A DNA stretch of 64,000 nt, from contig DATBAJ010000060.1 in assembly GCA_036271575.1 (NCBI GenBank), positions 5,579 through 69,578 of the forward strand, written 5' to 3'. The notes under the pieces are model-generated. The model was given only the letters and a program-made list of their open reading frames with translations, did no database searches and was not told the origin of the DNA. This stretch comes from Gammaproteobacteria bacterium. Its GTDB lineage: Bacteria > Pseudomonadota > Gammaproteobacteria > Natronospirales > REEB76. Positions 36,890 to 44,100 of the stretch are shown here, in pieces (positions within the stretch are counted from its first letter, which is position 1; each line of letters begins with the position of its first letter). Both the position numbers and the translations under genes were made by a program.

Positions 36890-37935
36890 CCCGCGAGGAA
36901 CTGGAATCCGCCATCGCCCGCGGCCAGCCGATCCGCGACCAGGACTTCTCGGGCGCCAAGCTGGCGGGGGCGAAGCTCGGCGGCGGCATCTTCGAGCGCG
37001 TGAAGTTCGACGCGGCCGACCTTGCCGGCGCCAGCCTGCGCGAGAGCCTGCTCACTTCAGTGGACTTCAAGGCCGCGGCGCTCGCCGGTGCGGACCTGCA
37101 ACACAGTGTGTTTTCCAAGTGCAGCTTCGAGAAAGCGCGGCTGGACGGCGCCAACCTCAGCCGCAGCCAGTTCATGGAGGCCGAACTCTCGGACGCGGCC
37201 ATGGCAGGGGTGGGGCTGGAACGCACGGTGCTGCACCAGTGCCGCCTGCTCCGCGCGGGTCTGGCGAAGGTGCACTTCGACAAGACCCTGATCTTCGAGA
37301 CCCAGATGATGGGCGCGGACCTTTCCGGCGCACGCTTCACCCATGTGGTACTGATGAACGGCGACTTCAGCGGCTGCCGCTTCGACGGCTTCTCGGCGCA
37401 GCAGGCCTTCCTGCAGGGCGGCAAGTTCGCGGGCCTGGACCTCTCGGGGCTCAGCTTCGCCGCCTGCCAGCTGCGCAACTGCGACCTGACGGGCACCAAG
37501 TTCCGCAAGGCCATGCTGGAGCGGACCGGCTTCATGGAATCGAAGCTCCAGGGCGCGGACTTCTCCGGCGCGCGCCTCGCCAACACGGTGTTCTCCGGCG
37601 CGGACCTGGAAGGCGCAGACCTCTCGAGCAGCGACCTGACCCAGGCCCATTTCCAGGGTGCCAGGCTGCGGCGCGCGCGCTTCGACAAGTGCCGCCTCGA
37701 CATGGCGCAGCTCACCGATGCCGATTTCACCGCGGCCAGCTTCAAGGGCTGCGAGATGAGCTATACGGATCTCTCCCGTTCGATACTGGATGGCGCGGAT
37801 TTCTCCGACGCCAACATGTTCAAGGCCAGGCTGCACGCCATCCATGAAGATGCGACCCGCTGGCCCGCGAGCAAGAACCTGGCCTCCGGTACCGATCCCG
37901 ATCAACTCGAAGCCGAGACCTGGCGACCCGCCTAA
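36886..37935 (+). CDS. Pentapeptide repeat protein (TagB-like)
   Basis: Nearly continuous (A/x)(D/R)(L/F)xx repeats. Confidence 0.9.
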   Translation: MTREELESAIARGQPIRDQDFSGAKLAGAKLGGGIFERVKFDAADLAGASLRESLLTSVDFKAAALAGADLQHSVFSKCSFEKARLDGANLSRSQFMEAELSDAAMAGVGLERTVLHQCRLLRAGLAKVHFDKTLIFETQMMGADLSGARFTHVVLMNGDFSGCRFDGFSAQQAFLQGGKFAGLDLSGLSFAACQLRNCDLTGTKFRKAMLERTGFMESKLQGADFSGARLANTVFSGADLEGADLSSSDLTQAHFQGARLRRARFDKCRLDMAQLTDADFTAASFKGCEMSYTDLSRSILDGADFSDANMFKARLHAIHEDATRWPASKNLASGTDPDQLEAETWRPA

Positions 37936-37938
37936 ACG

Positions 37939-38598
37939 ATGGAGCACAACGCCATGCAGACCCAGATCAAATCCAATTACACGGCCGCGGCCGACCTGGT
38001 CCAGGCCAAGGTGGTGGACGCCGGCGAGGACATCTGCCGGCTCACGGGCCCCGCCGGCAGCTTCACCGCGCGGCGCGCCGTCTCCTGCCTGCTGCAGCCG
38101 GCCGCGGGTGACACGGTGCTGGCCGCCGAGGTGGCGGGCAGTACCTGGATACTCGCGATACTGGTGCGGGGCGAGAGCCCGGCCGTGCTGCAGTTGCCCG
38201 CGGACAGTACCGTGAAGGTGGCGCAGGGCGGGCTCAAATTCGCCGTGCAGGAAGACCTCACGCTGGCGGCGGGCCGCGAGCTCAGCGCCGTGGCGCCGCA
38301 GGTCACGGTGCAGGCGGTGCGGGCCGGCTTCACGCTGGGCGCGCTGCAACTGGCGGCGGGCCTGGTGGAGGCGACGGTGGAACAGGTGAAGACCGTCGCC
38401 GAGTTCCTGGACACGGTGGCAGAGCGGGTGCGCCTCAAGGCCGGCTCCTCGCACCGCGAAGTGGAGGACCTGGAGCACCTGCAGGCCGGGCAGCTGTATT
38501 ACTCGATCAAGAACGTGCTCAACCTGCGCGGCAAGCACGCCGTGATGTCCGCCGAGAGCGAAGTGCGCCTCGACGGCGAGCGCATTCACCTGGGCTGA
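37939..38598 (+). CDS. DUF3540-like protein (TagC-like)
   Basis: 'ARRAVSCLLQPAAGD.VL','WILAIL','S.R.V...E.L.AG','V.LDGERIHLG'. Confidence 0.82.
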   Translation: MEHNAMQTQIKSNYTAAADLVQAKVVDAGEDICRLTGPAGSFTARRAVSCLLQPAAGDTVLAAEVAGSTWILAILVRGESPAVLQLPADSTVKVAQGGLKFAVQEDLTLAAGRELSAVAPQVTVQAVRAGFTLGALQLAAGLVEATVEQVKTVAEFLDTVAERVRLKAGSSHREVEDLEHLQAGQLYYSIKNVLNLRGKHAVMSAESEVRLDGERIHLG

Positions 38599-38609
38599 GG
38601 AGACATTCC

Positions 38610-39014
38610 ATGTTCGTCAACACGCAGATGGGCGGGCTCGCCTTCGGTTTCCCGGACGTGTGCTTCACGCCGATCCTGGTGCCGGTGCCGATCCCCTACC
38701 CGAACTTCGCCACCGGGCTCCTGGCCATGCCCTTCACCGCGGCGCTGAACGTGCTGAACGAGTGCATGCCGACCCACACCATCTCCACCATGGGCACCAT
38801 CAGCTTCGGCGACCAGCCGGGCATCGAGCTGGGCATCCTCTCGGGCCTGTTCATGGGGCCATGCCACACGCTGATCCCGAGCTTCACGCTGCTGAGCGAC
38901 GGCATGCCCACCTCGCGGCTCACCAGCATGACCGCCCATAACGGCTTCGCCCTCAACGCGCCCGGCCTGTCCATCGTGCCGAGCCAGTTCACCACCCTTT
39001 GCCTGATGCCCTGA
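38610..39014 (+). CDS. DUF4150 / PAAR-like spike tip protein (PIPY motif), no fused toxin
   Basis: 'FPDVC.TP..VPVPIPYPN','S.GD.PG...GI.SG','S.T....G.P..RLT..T.HN','PSQ'. Confidence 0.88.
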   Translation: MFVNTQMGGLAFGFPDVCFTPILVPVPIPYPNFATGLLAMPFTAALNVLNECMPTHTISTMGTISFGDQPGIELGILSGLFMGPCHTLIPSFTLLSDGMPTSRLTSMTAHNGFALNAPGLSIVPSQFTTLCLMP

Positions 39015-39039
39015 ACGGGCGCATCGCAGGAGTCTCGCC

Positions 39040-40407
39040 ATGGCCATGAACCGCGTCCTCAACTCCATCTGGGCAGAGATATCCGCCTGGGGTTCGATCG
39101 TCAAGACCGCCACCAACCCCTACACACCGAGCCCCGGCTCGGCCGATGACACTTCCAACAACCAGGGCCTGGCGGCGCTCGCCAGCGGCTCGCCATTCAT
39201 CGTGGTGAACCGCTCCGGCGTCTCGCCGGACGTGGCGGTGGGCACCAACCTCGTGGACGGCGCCAACGCCTCGCCCAGCGCCATCGAGGAGAACAACGGC
39301 GCCTACCAGGTGGTGCGGCAGTACGGCGACATCTACCTGTTCAACGACGGCAACGTCATCGCCTGGGGCGGCAATGGCAAGAACTTCAGCTTCGGCAACG
39401 GTTATGAAGAGAACCACGCCTGGGCCAACCAGGCCTGTGTCTATAACAACGAGACCTTCCAGATCCCGCTGGGGGCCATGTCCTCGTTCAGCCCGAGCAC
39501 GCTGCCCAACGGCATGTTCCCGGATTCGAGCGCAGCGATCAGCGACTGGGAATGGCTCGGCGGCAACGTGTCCAAGAGCTGGGGCAACGACTACAGCTAC
39601 AGCTACGGACGCTCCTATGAATGGAGCGGGGGCCCGAACAACTACGTGGATGCCTTCGGCAACACCGGTGCCGCGCTCACCGACGTGATGCAGGGCAAGC
39701 ATTGCAGCTTCAGCTACGGCAACGGCTACGAGGAGGCGCTGATCGGATGGACCCCCACCAGCACCTGGTTCCATGCCGACGACGCGAGCTCGCCTTACAA
39801 GAGCCGCGTCAGCGACAGCTGGACCTCATCCAACCTGGGGTCCAGCTGGACCGCGGCCAACCTGCTGGTGTCCAAGGCCTTCGGCCCCACCTACGATTAC
39901 CACTACGGCCCGACGCTGTCGGTACAGGAGGGGCCGAGCGAGGAGCACGTCAACGGCTCCAGCTGGAGCACGGTGACCGGCGACAGCAACGAGACCGTGA
40001 ACGGCAACAGCAGCAGCACCGTCAACGGCAACGCCAACGACACCATCAACGGCGACCAGACCGCCATGATCAAGGGCACCGCCCTCGAGCAGCACTGGGG
40101 CCGCAAGTCGGAATTCTTCATGGGCGGCAAGAGCGAGATGTCACTGGCCGCCTGCGACGAGATCAACCTGGCCGCCAAGCTGGAGATCGTCGGCGGCGTC
40201 GCCACCGAGATATTCCTGGGCGCCAAGCTGGAGGTGGCCCTGGGCGCGCTCATGGAGATCAAGGTCGCCGGGGCCTTCGAGGTGAACAACGGCGCCAAGA
40301 TCGAGATCACCAATGGTGCCAAGCTTGAGATCGACAACGCCGTGGAGGTGGAGGTGACGGACCTGGCCTCGGTGTCCAGCGCGCTGGTGAAGATCTTCGC
40401 CCCCTGA
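39040..40407 (+). CDS. Hypothetical protein with C-terminal gp5-like octapeptide beta-helix repeats; candidate detached spike
   Basis: About 18 consecutive 8-aa repeats (NETVNGNS, SSTVNGNA, NDTINGDQ ... IEITNGAK); last gene of the T6SS run. Confidence 0.65.
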   Translation: MAMNRVLNSIWAEISAWGSIVKTATNPYTPSPGSADDTSNNQGLAALASGSPFIVVNRSGVSPDVAVGTNLVDGANASPSAIEENNGAYQVVRQYGDIYLFNDGNVIAWGGNGKNFSFGNGYEENHAWANQACVYNNETFQIPLGAMSSFSPSTLPNGMFPDSSAAISDWEWLGGNVSKSWGNDYSYSYGRSYEWSGGPNNYVDAFGNTGAALTDVMQGKHCSFSYGNGYEEALIGWTPTSTWFHADDASSPYKSRVSDSWTSSNLGSSWTAANLLVSKAFGPTYDYHYGPTLSVQEGPSEEHVNGSSWSTVTGDSNETVNGNSSSTVNGNANDTINGDQTAMIKGTALEQHWGRKSEFFMGGKSEMSLAACDEINLAAKLEIVGGVATEIFLGAKLEVALGALMEIKVAGAFEVNNGAKIEITNGAKLEIDNAVEVEVTDLASVSSALVKIFAP

Positions 40408-40413
40408 CGGGGA

Positions 40414-41082
40414 TCAGCTCACCGCAGCCAGCAGCGCGGCGCCCGCCTCGATCGGCGTCGCCTGGCTGAGGTCGGTCTGCTGGGGCAGGGCGAACTTCCT
40501 GCCGCCCTCGTCCTTGGGCATCAGCGCCAGCGGGCTCTGCATCACGCCCACGATGCGTCCGCGCCGCACGTCGATGAGCGGACCGCCGACGGTGCCGGAA
40601 TAAGCCGAACCTTCCACCAACAACTGCCGGTCGCCCGCGGGTCCCAGCACCTTGGCGGCGAGACAGCCGCTGCGGGTGATGAGCGCGAGGGAGCCGTGAC
40701 GGCCGAAGGCGAAGCCCAGATACATGACCTCGGTGCCGGGGATGAGCATGGCGCTGTCACCCAACAGATCAGGAGGCAGGCGCAGCTGGGCCGGATCGGC
40801 TAGTTTCAGGAGCGCCACGCCATTGGAGGCGTCCACCTTCACCACCACGGCCGGGAAGCAGTTCAACTTGTCGCGGCTCGTGGGCTGGAATCCCGTGGGA
40901 TCCTCGGCGGGTGAGACCAGGAGCTCGGTCTTGTCCTTGACCAACTCGGCGGCGGTGAGCAGGTAACCGTCTTCGCGCACGGCGAAGGCGCTGCCCAGGA
41001 AATCCACGGCATTGGTGGCCGGGTTCCTCTCCAGCAGCATCGCGCAGGAGGGTGCCAGGGTCTGGAAGAGTTGTTCCATCAC
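40414..41082 (-). CDS. Trypsin-like (HtrA-type S1) protease fold lacking the catalytic triad
   Basis: 'GSAFAV..DGYLLTAAELV','GVALLK','GTVGGPLID..RGRIVGV'. Confidence 0.75.
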   Translation of the reverse strand: MMEQLFQTLAPSCAMLLERNPATNAVDFLGSAFAVREDGYLLTAAELVKDKTELLVSPAEDPTGFQPTSRDKLNCFPAVVVKVDASNGVALLKLADPAQLRLPPDLLGDSAMLIPGTEVMYLGFAFGRHGSLALITRSGCLAAKVLGPAGDRQLLVEGSAYSGTVGGPLIDVRRGRIVGVMQSPLALMPKDEGGRKFALPQQTDLSQATPIEAGAALLAAVS

Positions 41083-41133
41083 GTGGGGGATACCGCTGTC
41101 GGGGCGCTCAGCATTCTGCCACAGGCGCGCGGC

Positions 41134-44100
41134 CTATCGCGGCGGCGGCGCATCCTGCGGCGGGCAGCTGGAGGCAGCGGGTGCGGCAGCGCTGGCCGCA
41201 GCAGGCGCCGCGGCGCTGGATGCGGCGGGCGGACACACGGGTTTCGCCGGCTTGGCAGGTTCCTCACAGACCCAGCCGGTCGAAGTCTCATAGGGCGTGC
41301 CGCCTTGAGCGGTGCACCAGGCCATGGGGTACTGCTCCAGGGGCGACGCGTCCGGCATGGTCGGTGGCACCGGCGGCGGCACGCTACCGCCGAAGGTGAA
41401 TTCGACGCCGAGCGAGAGCAGGAGGTCGTTGTAACCGCTGAACACGTGCTGCACCGCGAGGTCGGCGCGGAAGCGCAGCGGCAGCGAACGCCAGGGGGCG
41501 CTGTTGATGCCGGCACCGAACTTGAGATAGGCGCTTCTCACCTTGCTGTCGTCACCGCGGTACTGGTCGGCGAGGCCGAGACCCGCATCCAGGAACGGCG
41601 AGAACACATCCGACTTGTGCTCCTGGAAATACCACAGGCCGTCGGCACCGTAGGTCTTCCAGTTGGCGAGATCACCGAGTGCCTGCGGCGCATCGGCATG
41701 GTATTGGGCGTCGAACTCCAGGGCGAAATCGCCGAGGTCGCGGCCAACCAGGAGGCCCCAGCCCTTGAGACCGCCGCCGGAGGCGTCGCGCTTGGAGTCG
41801 GGCTTGATGAGGTTGGCGTCGCCGCCCACGTACCAGGCATCGGTGACGGGCGCCTCGACGACCGGAGCGGGTGCGTCGTCGGACAGCACGGTCGCGGGCA
41901 GGGCCGTAGCGGCGAAGACGGCCAGCATCGCCCAGCACCGGCGTGCTGTATATAAGCGCCGCCCCAGTGACAGCAAGGCCAGCAGCATGAGGATGAAGCT
42001 CCCGTAAGAACCTTTGCCCACGAGGGAGGGTCCGCCGTGGTGCACCGGTGCCGGCGGCGCCGGCACCACCGTGATCTCGACCGCGGCCGCGGTGGAGACG
42101 AGTTTGGAGACTGTGTCGGTGGCGGTATAGGCGAAGCTGTCGCTGCCGGTGAAACCGGCGGCAGGCGTGTAGCTGAAGCCGCCGTCGCCGGCCTGGAGCG
42201 TGAGGCTGCCGTTCTTGGGTTTGGTGGTCACGGCGTAGGTCACCGGGTTGCCATTCACATCCACCGCCGATACCGCGCTGTCGATGGGCTGGCCGGAATA
42301 TACGCTGAGCGCGAGCCCGTTGGCGAGGGGCGCCACCGCCTGCAGCGGCGGGCTGACCACGGTGACGGCGAGGGTGGCGGCGCTGGACATGAGATGGGTC
42401 ACCTTGTCGGTGGCGACGAAGCTGAAACTGTCCTTGCCGGTGTAGCCCGCCGTCGGCGAATAGCTGTAGACGCCGCTCGCCGCCGTGACCTTGACGCTGC
42501 CGTGGGCCGGCTTGCTCTTGAGGGCATAGCTTAAGGTATCGCCGCCCACGGTCACCGCGGCGAGCAGGCCCTTGAGCACCTGACCCTGGTACACCGAGAC
42601 ACTGGCGCCGGATGCCAAGGGTGCGACCCCGGTGATGGGCGTGGCGCTGACGTCGAGCGTCACGGTGGCGGCGCTGGAGGCGGCGTTGCTGCTGGTATCG
42701 ATGGCCGTGAACGTGAAACTGTCGCTGCCGGTGAACCCGGCGGGCGGAGTGTAGGTGAACGCGCCGGTGGCGGCGGTGAGGCTGACAGTGCCATGGTCCG
42801 GCTGCACCACCGAGAACTCGACCGGGTTGCCGGCAGCATCCGCCGCCGCCAGCGTGCCGCTCAGGGGCTGATCCTGATAGAGCGTGAACGCGGCATCGCT
42901 CACCTGCGGCGGCGTCGCGGGCGGCGGAGCGGTGGCCACCGTGATCGATACCGTGGCGTTGGCGGAGACCACGCCGGTGCCGTTGTCAGTGGCGGTGAAG
43001 CTGAAGCTGTCGGCGCCGGTGTAGGTCGGAGTGGGCGTGTAGGTGTAGAGGCCGCTGTTGGTGGTGAGGTTCAGGATGCCATGGGTCGGCTGGCTCACCG
43101 CCGTGTAGGTGAGGGCGTTGCCGCCGGCGCTGGCCGCCGAGACCCGGGCGCTCAGCACCTGGCTCTCGTAGACCGTCACCGATGCATTGCCGGCGAGCGG
43201 CGCCGCGGTGCTGGGATCGGAACCGGGCACCGGATCCACCGACAGGGTCACCGTGGCCGGCGCGGATATGGCTAGGGTGGTGTTGTCGGTGACGGTGAAA
43301 GTGAAGCTGTCGGCGCCGATGTAGGATGCGGTGGGCGCATAGGTGAAGGCGCCGGTGGCCGCGTTCAAGCTCAGGATGCCATGGGCGGGGCCGACCGCGA
43401 CCGCATAAGTGAAAGCGTGGCCGCCGCCGTCGCTGGCGGGCAGGGCGCCCGCCACCGTGACATTCTCGTAGGTCGCCACCGACAGGTTGGAAGCCACGGG
43501 ACCCGGCGGCGGCAGGGCGCTGACGCTCAGGGTCACGGTGGCGGGATCCGAGGTCTGGGTGATGCTGGTGTCGGTGGCGGAGAAACTGAAGCTGTCGGGA
43601 CCGATGTAGCCCGCCGCGGGCGTATAGGTGAAGGCACCGGTGCCGCCGGTCAGGTTCAGGACGCCGTGGCTGGGGAGGGTGACCGGCGCATAAGTGAGGG
43701 GATCACCGGCGGCTTCACTGGCAGTGACTGCAGCGCTCACCACCACGTTCTCGTAGGCCGGGAACGCCGCGCCATTGGCCACAGGCTTGGCCGGCGCCGC
43801 GGGCGGCAGTGCCACCATGGTGAGCGTGATGGTGGCGCTGGTGGAACTCACCGTGGTGATGGCGTCGCTGGCGCTGAAGGTGAAGCTGTCCCTGCCCACG
43901 TAGCCCGTGGCCGGCGTGTAGCTGAAGGCACCGCTGGCCGGGGTCACGGTCACGGTGCCGTGAGCGGGGGCGGTGACCCGCAGATAGTTGAGCGCGTTGC
44001 CGGCGGCATCGCTGGCGCTCAATTGGCCGGTCACCGTCACGTTCTCATAGGTGGTGAAGGAGGCGCTGCCCACCACCGGCGCGGCCTTGTCGGACACCGG

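Noticed and set aside
35950..37830. 15-bp periodicity / Qnr-like quinolone resistance genes
   Set aside because: Pentapeptide repeats in the DUF2169-DUF3540-DUF4150 T6SS cassette; context and size do not fit Qnr.
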